Source: Deltaproteobacteria bacterium
GTDB taxonomy: Bacteria > Desulfobacterota > Binatia > UBA12015
Assembly: GCA_046583355.1 (NCBI GenBank)
Contig: JAYGCM010000049.1
Span: forward strand, 1-21,867
Direction of reading: 5' to 3'
DNA length: 21,867 nt
Position 1 is the stretch's first letter, and each line of letters begins with the position of its first letter. The position numbers and the translations under genes are program-made. The notes beneath the pieces were generated by a model. The model was not told where the DNA came from, did not search any database, and worked only from the letters and a program-made list of their open reading frames with translations. Positions 6,960 to 15,492 of the stretch are shown here, piece after piece.

Positions 6960-8924
6960 CTAGAAAGGCAGGAGCATCGTATGAGGTTCGGAGGCCTGGC
7001 CGGTGGCGTCGACCAGAATGATCTCCACCCGGGTGGCCTGGGCAGGAAGGCTGCCGAGGGAGAATTGCAGAGTCCCGCGGCGGCGGCCATGCACCCGCGG
7101 CACGAGATCGATGCGCGTGCTGGGCAAGTCGGCCGTTATATCGGTCGAGATTTCAAGCGCGGCGAGGTTACCATCGAGGTCGGCCCATTCGAGATCGAGG
7201 CCGAGTTCGGCACCACTGGCAACGAAGAACTCGGCCGCCAGAACGTGCGGCTCACCGGCGAGCAACCCGGGATCGACCACGCGCGGACGGATCGCGCCGC
7301 GCGCGCCCAGCCCTGTCGCCATACGACCCGAGCCACCCGAAGCTTGGCGAAAAAACGGTGCGAAACTCCGGCGGATGCGCTGCAATTTATGGATATCGCG
7401 AGCCTCCGCCGTAGCGCCCGCAGGCACGACAAGGACGAAGGCCATGCGGAAGTCTCGCTTCGCCCTGCCTGCCTCTGGGGAGCGTCTTCCGAGTTCGTCA
7501 ATCAGGTCTTCGATCTCCAGATCGCGACGGGTACCGGTAATCCGCGTGCCCACCGCCAGAGGCCGCGGCGAGGCCAACGACGGACTCTCGATTGCAAAAA
7601 ATGGCGGGACCGCTGCGGCCGGGATCAGCCCCATGAGGTAGCGATCGAGATAGCCGTAGCGGCTCATCGAGGCGGCCACCCGGAAGGCTCCGTCGCCGTC
7701 TTTGCGAAAGGCCGCGCCGCCGAGAAACGACGCCTGGGTTGCCAGGAGCGAACTCCAATGACCTGAGCCGGCAACCGTCTGAAAGGGCGGATCGAGCAAG
7801 CGCGGTGTCCACCGATGCCCTACTTCATGCGCCAACACGGCCTGGGTCGAAGGCGCATAGGCGTAGGAGGCATGCTGCGGCTTTTGCCGCGGGTCGTCTG
7901 CCCAGAATTCGAGGTCATTCATCACCACGATATGCTCAAGCGTGGCCGAGCCGTGCAGGGCCCCGTGGTTGAAGAGCGGCAGGCCCAGGCCCACGGCATC
8001 ATTCGCCACAGTTTCGGAGTAGACCAGATGCGGCGCATCTACCGGCTGGTCGGTGAAGACGGTGAGGAACTCGAAGCTGTCGGGAATTTCAGCGAAAACC
8101 CGGCGTGCCAGCGCCGTCGTGTCCAGACGCGGGCGGTCGCGGTACCAGCCCAAGGTCGCCTCGCGCGGAGGCAGAACGTCGACCTGGGCCAGATCGACGA
8201 TATGCGTCGCGGCGCGTGCGCGCCCAGGCGAGAGCCCGACGATTCCCCAGCGTGTAGCCAGCTTCGCATATTCAAACGCAATGCGACCATCGCGGTGCAG
8301 GAAGACACGGAAGGTATTGGGCTCCCCCGCCGGTCGTGCCGAGGGCACATCCAGCCAGCTCAGAAGGAGTCCTCCCCGGCTGCGCGCGAGAAAGACGCCA
8401 CCCGCCGACGCAGCACCTGGGTCGAGTTCGTTCCACAACGGGGCGACCACAGCCGGGCCGGAAACCAACCCGGCGAGAAGAGAGCCCGGCGAGGTCGCGA
8501 GCGCTTGTACACCCGCGCGCCAATCTTCCCCGAGCGCGATGGCACCGTTCGGATGCACCCAGATCGTCGTATAGGGCACGCCGAAGACACGAATGGGCTG
8601 CTCCAGGTCGACGCGCGCCGCGCGCCCCGAGCCACCAGGGAAAACCAAACGGCGGCCGAGTCCACGCGGCTGCCAGCGCAGGCGCGAATGGCGCATGCGG
8701 TAGCCGCCGTCGGCCGTCGGCGCGAAGTCGATGCGACGGCCCGCGAAAGACAGATTGGCGGGCGGCTCGAAAATCCAGCCATCGTCCTCGACCACGAGCA
8801 CATGTCCGAAACGCTCGGCGCGAGCCGACACGCTGCCCGCCAGCACCAGAACGAACGCAAAAAGCAGGCGCAAGAAGGTCCTGCAGCCTCGGGGCTTTGG
8901 CTCTCCTCCTCGATTTCCTCTCAT
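6960..8924 (-). CDS. Secreted protein with NIDO-like domain and HExxH putative zinc metallopeptidase domain
   Basis: Signal peptide RTFLRLLFAFVLVLAGSVSARA. NIDO-like motifs IWVHPNGAIAL, VVAPLWNELDP and NTFRVFLHRDGRIAFEY. Metal motif LAHEVGHRW, then GHWS and LDRYLMG. Start may be 8924 or 8951. Confidence 0.6.
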   Translation of the reverse strand: MRGNRGGEPKPRGCRTFLRLLFAFVLVLAGSVSARAERFGHVLVVEDDGWIFEPPANLSFAGRRIDFAPTADGGYRMRHSRLRWQPRGLGRRLVFPGGSGRAARVDLEQPIRVFGVPYTTIWVHPNGAIALGEDWRAGVQALATSPGSLLAGLVSGPAVVAPLWNELDPGAASAGGVFLARSRGGLLLSWLDVPSARPAGEPNTFRVFLHRDGRIAFEYAKLATRWGIVGLSPGRARAATHIVDLAQVDVLPPREATLGWYRDRPRLDTTALARRVFAEIPDSFEFLTVFTDQPVDAPHLVYSETVANDAVGLGLPLFNHGALHGSATLEHIVVMNDLEFWADDPRQKPQHASYAYAPSTQAVLAHEVGHRWTPRLLDPPFQTVAGSGHWSSLLATQASFLGGAAFRKDGDGAFRVAASMSRYGYLDRYLMGLIPAAAVPPFFAIESPSLASPRPLAVGTRITGTRRDLEIEDLIDELGRRSPEAGRAKRDFRMAFVLVVPAGATAEARDIHKLQRIRRSFAPFFRQASGGSGRMATGLGARGAIRPRVVDPGLLAGEPHVLAAEFFVASGAELGLDLEWADLDGNLAALEISTDITADLPSTRIDLVPRVHGRRRGTLQFSLGSLPAQATRVEIILVDATGQASEPHTMLLPF

Positions 8925-9078
8925 CTCAAAAACTACCTGCACCGCGGGCAAAGGTCCGAAACCCCGCCGCCAACCAATGCCAAAAGGCGATCATCGCATA
9001 TCTGCCAAGCTAGTGCGCGCCTCTTTTCCCCTGCCTCGGATCGGCGCGTGCCAGGCCAGATGCGCACAGGCCGCCAGC

Positions 9079-11166
9079 TCAATTCGGGGGAATCTGGCAG
9101 GGGTTGGCACCACAGATATCGATCACGCGGCTCTCGGGCGCGAGGAAGGCCGCCTTCTGGTGACGCACTTGGGCATCATTGCGCGGGTGGCCGTGCGGGT
9201 CTTCGCCCAATCGTGGCGGCAAATTGACCGTCGGTGGGGTCGGTGAGCCCGAATCCCAGAACACGATCGCACTGCCATCATGCGGATAGATCATCGTCTC
9301 GAGGCCCCAGCCGGGCTCGACATCGGGGAGGCGGCCGTCGGCTACCACCGGACGATGGATCACCGCTCCGATGGTCCGCGCAGCAATTTCAGCCGAGGCC
9401 GGAGCGACCTGATGGTCGCCAAAAGCGACGTGCAACAAAACCCGATGCGCCGGTGTGCCGGGCAATGGGTTGTCCGTCATATGGGCAGCGTAGCCATTGC
9501 CCTCGCCGCGGTCCCATTGCAGCTGCATGATCAGCAGGCCCAGGGCCTGCTCCAACGGCTCGGGATAGGCCGGCTCGTAGAAGGACCGGTAGACATCCCA
9601 ATCCACACTGCGCTGGAGCAAAAGACTGTAGTTCATGCCGGGAACCCCCAACACGGCCTTGGTAATATCTTGTGCGACAGCGATGAGCTGTGCACCCATG
9701 ATAGCGCCCTGCGAGTTGCCGTCGTAATAGAGTTCATTCGTGTCGATGACGCTGGTTCCCATCGCCTGAAAAGCCGCGTCGGAGCCCAGGCCATCGGGAT
9801 GGATCATGAGCCGGCCCAGGAAGAGTTGTGCCAGCACTCCCTGCTGCAAGCGATCCGCATGGCCGTTGATGCCGGAAATATCTCCGAGAAGAGTGATCGC
9901 GTTGCCGACGTCCTCCTCGGCCATGCCAAGCCAGCGCGAGGCGCAGAACACAAAATTGTGTTCGTTCGCCATATCGCGCACATTGCCGGCCGAGACCTCG
10001 CGCTCACTGCCGAGCAGGCCATGACCATATAGGGAGGGCCGTGCGGGCATAGCGGCGCCGCTCTCGGCGAAGGCAGCGCGCGGCACGATGCAGCGGAAGA
10101 CGGCGGTATAGAGGCCCTGTCGCATGGGCAATCCGTCCTCCCCGTATACGAACTCGGCGCCAGGTGCCGCATCGTTGGTCATATAATGAGGCACCTCGAA
10201 GGTGCCCTCGATCCGTCGCAGAATGCGATGATCGAGCGGTTCCTCGAGCGACTCCAAATGCCACGAGGGCACGCGATCGCCGAGCCAGGCAAACGCATCG
10301 TCGCGGATATGCAACATGCGCTCGGTGAGGTTGCGGGTGCTCGCGACCGTGAAATCCCAGGCGAGATAGAGATCGTCGCGCGCCACACCGGCGTTGCCGA
10401 GATCGGCAAATACCATTTCGTAGCGGTCCCGGCGTTCTTCCATCTCCGGTACATTGGTGCGCAATTCATCACGGTAGGCACGGAAGGCATCGCCCGCGGC
10501 AATCGTTTCGCCCGCCGCATTCTTCATTCCTCGTAGAGCGAAAATATGACGATGCCCTGTGGCCAGACTGATCGCCGGCCGAACCAGAACCAGCCGGTCG
10601 TCGTCGCTGGCGACATTCTGGTCGAGCTCGACCCAATGCGGAATTCTCTCGCCGGTATCGGCGTCCAGAAGTACGCTCGGAGAATTCGTCTCCAGCGAAC
10701 GCGCGAGATCGGTCAGCGGCGGAACATCGGTCTCGACAAGATCGAGTCCCGGAACATGAAACGCCATCACCGCACCCGGACTCCAACCATCATTGCGATT
10801 GATATGTTCGGTGGCGACCTGCACGCCCTTGTCGTTCGTGATCATCGAGGCGACGGCGAGATTCAGGTGCAGGCCCGTATCGGTGCCGCCGTCGGAAGCC
10901 GTGAAGGTGTCACTCGGAAAGGGCAGCAGACAATGGCGTGTATCGAGAGGGTCGCAACGATCGGCGTTCCCCACCTCAAGCTCGATCGAGCCGCGCAAGC
11001 CATCGGTCGGCTCAGGCGAGCTTTCGGGCGTAGGTGTGGCCGTGGGCCCGGGCGTGGGCGTGGGCTCGGCCGGTGCCAGATCGTCCGAAGAGCCGCCACA
11101 GGCCGCCAACACTAAAACCAAGGCCGCGATCGCGACCCCTCTTACCCGCCACTCGAAATTCGTCAT
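9079..11166 (-). CDS. Large lipoprotein, putative extracellular serine hydrolase/lipase (alpha/beta fold)
   Basis: Lipobox LAA-C after a hydrophobic stretch, Pro/Thr linker, PFPSD, YGHGLLGS, nucleophile YDGNSQGAIMG, candidate Asp GDHQV and His DPHGHPR. Start at ATG 11166. Confidence 0.7.
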   Translation of the reverse strand: MTNFEWRVRGVAIAALVLVLAACGGSSDDLAPAEPTPTPGPTATPTPESSPEPTDGLRGSIELEVGNADRCDPLDTRHCLLPFPSDTFTASDGGTDTGLHLNLAVASMITNDKGVQVATEHINRNDGWSPGAVMAFHVPGLDLVETDVPPLTDLARSLETNSPSVLLDADTGERIPHWVELDQNVASDDDRLVLVRPAISLATGHRHIFALRGMKNAAGETIAAGDAFRAYRDELRTNVPEMEERRDRYEMVFADLGNAGVARDDLYLAWDFTVASTRNLTERMLHIRDDAFAWLGDRVPSWHLESLEEPLDHRILRRIEGTFEVPHYMTNDAAPGAEFVYGEDGLPMRQGLYTAVFRCIVPRAAFAESGAAMPARPSLYGHGLLGSEREVSAGNVRDMANEHNFVFCASRWLGMAEEDVGNAITLLGDISGINGHADRLQQGVLAQLFLGRLMIHPDGLGSDAAFQAMGTSVIDTNELYYDGNSQGAIMGAQLIAVAQDITKAVLGVPGMNYSLLLQRSVDWDVYRSFYEPAYPEPLEQALGLLIMQLQWDRGEGNGYAAHMTDNPLPGTPAHRVLLHVAFGDHQVAPASAEIAARTIGAVIHRPVVADGRLPDVEPGWGLETMIYPHDGSAIVFWDSGSPTPPTVNLPPRLGEDPHGHPRNDAQVRHQKAAFLAPESRVIDICGANPCQIPPN

Positions 11167-11256
11167 GCGCGACTTTAGAACACCACGCCGCTCGCATGCA
11201 AGGACAGAAAGATTTGGCACCCGGCCGAACCTCAACCAGGAGGTCCGGCCGAATAT

Positions 11257-11862
11257 CTACTCGGTCTTCTGGCGGGCGCAGACGTAGAGTTCCGAGGAAT
11301 ACTGTCGGGTCGTGTCGAGCTTGGCGGTTTTCACCGCGCCGAACGTCGCGCGCATCTCGCGGATCAGATCCTGGTATTCGGCATCCATGAAGAGCTTTGC
11401 GACAAAGGCTCCTCCGGGCACCAGCGTCGCCTGCGCGTTTTCGATCGCGACCCGCACGAGCGCGGCATGGCGCGCCGCGTCAGCATGTTTGATCCCCGAG
11501 AGCTTCGGCGCCATATCCGAGAGCACAACGTCCGGCGGGCCACCGAGCAGCTCCGCAATCTCCGCCTGCACGGCTGCGTCGCCTGCATCGCCGTGGAGAA
11601 TCTTCACATTGGCGCCTGGCAGCGCCTCGGAGCGGGCCAGATCAACGCCGACAACGCGACCCTGCGGACCGATCCGCCGCGATGCGATCTGCAACCACGC
11701 ACCAGGCCAGCAGCCCAGGTCGACGACACGCATGCCCTTGCGGAAAAGCCCGAAGCGATTGTCGAGCTCTTCGAGCTTATAGCCCGCACGCGAACGCAGA
11801 CCCTCCTTCTTGGCCTGACGATAATGTACGTCTTTGCGATCGTATTTTCGCGCCACGTCCAA
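11257..11862 (-). CDS. rlmE: 23S rRNA Um2552 2'-O-methyltransferase (RlmE/FtsJ)
   Basis: AKKEGLRSRAGYKL, DLGCWPGAW, GVDL, VLSDMAP, FVAKLF, SSELY; the K-D-K-E tetrad is present. Start at TTG 11862 or GTG 11856. Confidence 0.93.
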   Translation of the reverse strand: MDVARKYDRKDVHYRQAKKEGLRSRAGYKLEELDNRFGLFRKGMRVVDLGCWPGAWLQIASRRIGPQGRVVGVDLARSEALPGANVKILHGDAGDAAVQAEIAELLGGPPDVVLSDMAPKLSGIKHADAARHAALVRVAIENAQATLVPGGAFVAKLFMDAEYQDLIREMRATFGAVKTAKLDTTRQYSSELYVCARQKTE

Positions 11863-11942
11863 GTTCTACTCGCTCCTGCAGGAAATCTCACCCGAGCCGC
11901 TTCTGGCTTCCTATCCTTCCATAGGAAAGCTAGAAAACCCGC

Positions 11943-13082
11943 GTGCCCGAACCGAGTACCCGCATCGAAGCTCTGGTCCATGAGATCCAGGCGGAAGCAC
12001 GCGAGCTCCGCGAGAAACACGGCGGGTCCACCGTCCCTGCGCTGGAACCGCCGGCTGTCGCCGCCCGGGCCGTGCGCGCGGAAAGCCTGAACGAGGGGGC
12101 CTCTGCCGCTGGCGGGCTGAAAAACTCCACCATCGCCGAGATGCGACGCCACCTGCGTCCGGCCGCTGTCGAGTTCACCTCGCACCGCGGCCTCCCGGGC
12201 CGCGCGATCGTGCTCGCCAAAAAACTACTGACCAAGCTGCTGACTCCCGTGCTCGACCGGCAGACCATCTTCAACCAATGCAGCCTCGACGCGCTGGAGC
12301 AGCTGGACCAGACGCTCAGTGCTCTGCGCCAGGAAACACGGCCGCGCATCGACTCATTGGAAGAACGCATCACGACGCTGGAGCGCTCGACCGGAAGCGA
12401 AACCACCACCACGTCCACCAATGATTTTGATTATGCCGCCTTTGAAGCAGCCTTCCGCGGCGACTCCGAACACGTCGCCGGGGTGCAGCGGCGCTACCTC
12501 GAATATTTCCCGGACGCCGCCGCCGGTCCCGTCCTCGACCTCGGCTGCGGCCGCGGCGAATTCCTCGCGCTACTGGGCGAGCACGATATCCCCTGCTGGG
12601 GCCTCGATCTTGAGCAAAATGCCGTGCTCGTCGCGCAGGAAAAGGGGCTGGATGCACGCGAAAAGGATCTCATCCTGGGGCTGCGCGACTGCACGGACGG
12701 CAGCCTTGGCGGCATCGTCTCCTTTCAGGTCTTCGAGCACCTGACCCTCGGCAAGCTCACGCGCGTGCTCGAATTGGCGCATGCGAAGCTGCGTCCCGGC
12801 GGCATTCTCATTGCCGAGACCGTGAACGTCGCCAGCCTGATCACCCATGCACGCGCCTTCACCCTCGACCCCACCCATCAACTGGCCCTGCACCCCCTGA
12901 CTCTCAAGCTGCTCGTCGAGGGCTGCGGCTTCCGGGATGTCGAGATCGTCTATAGTGGCGAGGTCGAAGACGACCTGCGCATGGAGACAGCCGGCATGGA
13001 CGAGGCGATGCAGCGCAACCTGGAGCGCCTGAACCGCATCGTCTTCGCCCCACAAGATTACGCCGTCATCGCGCGCGCTTGA
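11943..13082 (+). CDS. Class I SAM-dependent methyltransferase with N-terminal amphipathic/coiled-coil region (probable glycan methyltransferase)
   Basis: YAAFEAAFRG, VLDLGCGRGEFL, GLDL, SFQVFEHL, LRPGGILIAETVN, LDPTH, PQDYAVIAR. Heptad-like segment LEQLDQTLSALRQETRPRIDSLEERITTLE. Confidence 0.85.
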   Translation: MPEPSTRIEALVHEIQAEARELREKHGGSTVPALEPPAVAARAVRAESLNEGASAAGGLKNSTIAEMRRHLRPAAVEFTSHRGLPGRAIVLAKKLLTKLLTPVLDRQTIFNQCSLDALEQLDQTLSALRQETRPRIDSLEERITTLERSTGSETTTTSTNDFDYAAFEAAFRGDSEHVAGVQRRYLEYFPDAAAGPVLDLGCGRGEFLALLGEHDIPCWGLDLEQNAVLVAQEKGLDAREKDLILGLRDCTDGSLGGIVSFQVFEHLTLGKLTRVLELAHAKLRPGGILIAETVNVASLITHARAFTLDPTHQLALHPLTLKLLVEGCGFRDVEIVYSGEVEDDLRMETAGMDEAMQRNLERLNRIVFAPQDYAVIARA

Positions 13083-13101
13083 ACAGCGACAAATTCTTAA
13101 T

Positions 13102-14202
13102 ATGACTACCCAACGCGGCGCTGCGATTCTTCTGCCGAGCCTCTCCGAGGGCGACGCAACCGGCACCGACGCCTTGCGCATGCGCGCCGCCCTCGAAGGC
13201 GCCGGCTGGCGCGTACGGATCTTCGCCACCGACCGCTCTCCCGGGGCCGAGGCCGAGGATCTCGACGCAGCGCGAAGGTTCCTGCGGCGCGAGAAACCCT
13301 TGGTGATCTATCATCAGGGAACCCGCTGGGACGCTGGTCTGGCACTGCTGGGGCGCGCGCGTGGCCCCGTGCTGGTTCGCGACCATAACGTGACGCCGGC
13401 GGAGTTTTTCCGCAATATCAACGAAGATTTCGTACGAACCCTGGAAGTCGGGGCACAAGCGCGCCGGACATTGGCCGGCAACAAGGCGGTCGCACGCTTC
13501 CTGCCCTGCTCGGAGTTCAGCGCTACGGAGTTGCGCGATATGGGAGTTGCCAACGAGCGAATCCGCGTCTGCGCACCCTTCCACGATCTAGACGCGATCG
13601 TCGCCGCCGGCCCGGATGCGGGAGCTTTGCGCAGCTGGACGCGCGACCCGGCGGACCTGCTTTTCGTCGGGCGAATCGCTCCCAATAAGGGCCATCGCCG
13701 CATGTTGCGGGTGGCGGCCATTTACCGCGAACTTTTCGGTAGGCGCCTGCGCATCCGCCTGGCCGGCAAACGCGACCCCCGCCTCGCGGTCTGGGAGGCG
13801 ATCCTGCACCGCGATGCGGCGCGCTTCGGTGTCAGCCTCGATATCACCGGCGGACTCACCGCAGCCGAGCTGAAAGCGGCGTGGCTCACCTCGCGCATCC
13901 TGCTCTGCTGCTCCGAGCACGAGGGGTTTTGCGTCCCCTTGGTCGAGGCCGTCCACCTCGGGCTCCCTATTATCGCCACTCCTTTTGCCGCCGTGCCCGA
14001 AACTCTGGGTAGCGGCGGGATCGTGTCGGATGACGACGACGAGCTCGCCACCGCCATCCACCGATTGCTCGAATCTGGTGCGTTACGCGACGAAGTTGTG
14101 GCCGCGCAACGCATTGCCATCAGCGATCGCTTCTCGGCCGATATGCTGGCACGCCGCTTCCTGGAGATCGTGGATGAAGCAGTAGCCGAGACCGCGCGAT
14201 GA
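13102..14202 (+). CDS. Glycosyltransferase family 4 (GT-B)
   Basis: HNVTPAEFF, LLFVGRIAPNKG, EX7E motif SEHEGFCVPLVEA, AVPETLG. Confidence 0.88.
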   Translation: MTTQRGAAILLPSLSEGDATGTDALRMRAALEGAGWRVRIFATDRSPGAEAEDLDAARRFLRREKPLVIYHQGTRWDAGLALLGRARGPVLVRDHNVTPAEFFRNINEDFVRTLEVGAQARRTLAGNKAVARFLPCSEFSATELRDMGVANERIRVCAPFHDLDAIVAAGPDAGALRSWTRDPADLLFVGRIAPNKGHRRMLRVAAIYRELFGRRLRIRLAGKRDPRLAVWEAILHRDAARFGVSLDITGGLTAAELKAAWLTSRILLCCSEHEGFCVPLVEAVHLGLPIIATPFAAVPETLGSGGIVSDDDDELATAIHRLLESGALRDEVVAAQRIAISDRFSADMLARRFLEIVDEAVAETAR

Positions 14203-15395
14203 AAATCGCCGTCGTCCAACAACGCTACGGGAAAGATCTTCTCGGCGGCGCCGAGACCCATGGCGCGCTCATGGCGCGACTGCTCGCGCGCCACCACGAG
14301 GTCGAATTGCTCACCACGACCGCCGGCGATTACCAAACCTGGTCCGCGGCCTACCCGGCCGACGTGAGCTCCGAGGACGGCTTTCTCCTGCGCCGCTTCG
14401 CGGTCGATCAGGGACGGCTCGATTCCTGGCATGCGATCCGCGACCTGCTCCACGAAGGCTTCCGTTCCGAAGATTTTGCCTCGCTGCGGGCCGAAGACCG
14501 CGCGGCCTTCCTTGCACGCATTCGTGGCTGGCCCGACCTTCTGCAAGAGGCTTTCATCCGTGGCCAGGGGCCCGTCTCTGCGGGGCTGATGCACCATCTC
14601 GGCCAGGCCACGGCCGACGCCTATCTCTTCCTGACCTATCTCTACCCGACCAGCTATGACGGCCTGCTGGCAGCGCCGCAGGGACGCGCCAGTATCGTCC
14701 CGACGCTACACGACGAACCACCCGCCCACCTACCGGTCTTCGGGCGCCGCCTGCAACGGGCGCGGCTCCTTTGTTCGACCGATACCGAGGTCGAGTTGGC
14801 CACAAGCCTGTACCCCGAGACTGCTCTGCGCGCCGAGCGCCTTGGCTATGGCATCGACCTGCCGCCCGACCAAATACGTGTGCCGGACAAAGATGCATTT
14901 CTCCTTTATGCCGGGCGCGTCGATACGCATAAGGGCCTCCCGGAGCTTCTTGCCTGGTACCAGGAGCTGCGCCGCATCGAGGACCAGCCGCCGCGCCTGG
15001 TACTGGTCGGCGAGGTCTTGATGGACCTGCCCCATATCCCCGGCCTCGAAGCGCGCGGCTTCGTCTCGGAAGAAGAAAAACTGGAACTGATGCGGACAGC
15101 GGCCGCCTTCGTGCACGCCTCTCCCTTCGAGAGTCTCGGCATCGTCATTCTGGAGGCGCTGGCCTGCCGCACACCCATTATCGTCACGTCTCGCTGTGAG
15201 GTTCTGCAAGAACATTGTCGGCGCAGCGGAGCCGGGTTCTGGGTGAGTGATGGTGCCGAACTCGCCGCGGCGCTGCGCCGGCTGGCGACCGAGGATACCC
15301 GCGCCGCCATGGGCGCGCTGGGGCGGGCCTGGGTCGAACGCGAATACAGCATGCCGAGCTACGAGGCCCGTCTGCTGCAAGCTTTCCCCGTCTGA
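14199..15395 (+). CDS. Glycosyltransferase family 4 (GT-B)
   Basis: MKIAVVQQRYG..LLGGAE, VPTLHDEP, LLYAGRVDTHKG, EX7E motif FESLGIVILEA. ATGA overlap with the previous gene. Confidence 0.88.
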   Translation: MKIAVVQQRYGKDLLGGAETHGALMARLLARHHEVELLTTTAGDYQTWSAAYPADVSSEDGFLLRRFAVDQGRLDSWHAIRDLLHEGFRSEDFASLRAEDRAAFLARIRGWPDLLQEAFIRGQGPVSAGLMHHLGQATADAYLFLTYLYPTSYDGLLAAPQGRASIVPTLHDEPPAHLPVFGRRLQRARLLCSTDTEVELATSLYPETALRAERLGYGIDLPPDQIRVPDKDAFLLYAGRVDTHKGLPELLAWYQELRRIEDQPPRLVLVGEVLMDLPHIPGLEARGFVSEEEKLELMRTAAAFVHASPFESLGIVILEALACRTPIIVTSRCEVLQEHCRRSGAGFWVSDGAELAAALRRLATEDTRAAMGALGRAWVEREYSMPSYEARLLQAFPV

Positions 15396-15492
15396 CTCGC
15401 CGCACTCCGCCCCCGAGCCTCCAGAACGAACTCATAGGAGTTGTGCTCCCTGCTATGGCGATCACGGCGCAGGGCGGATAAAACGCCTTCGC

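Noticed and set aside
7815..9227. 470-aa plus-strand ORF
   Set aside because: Antisense to the HExxH protein; Arg-rich composition typical of a non-coding frame.
11010..11075. GGCGTG-type short repeats
   Set aside because: They encode the Pro/Thr linker of the lipoprotein; not a CRISPR array or an independent repeat element.
15429..15442. Palindrome AACTC-ATAG-GAGTT upstream of uvrD as a possible SOS box
   Set aside because: The arms are only 5 bp and it matches no LexA consensus I know; could be chance.
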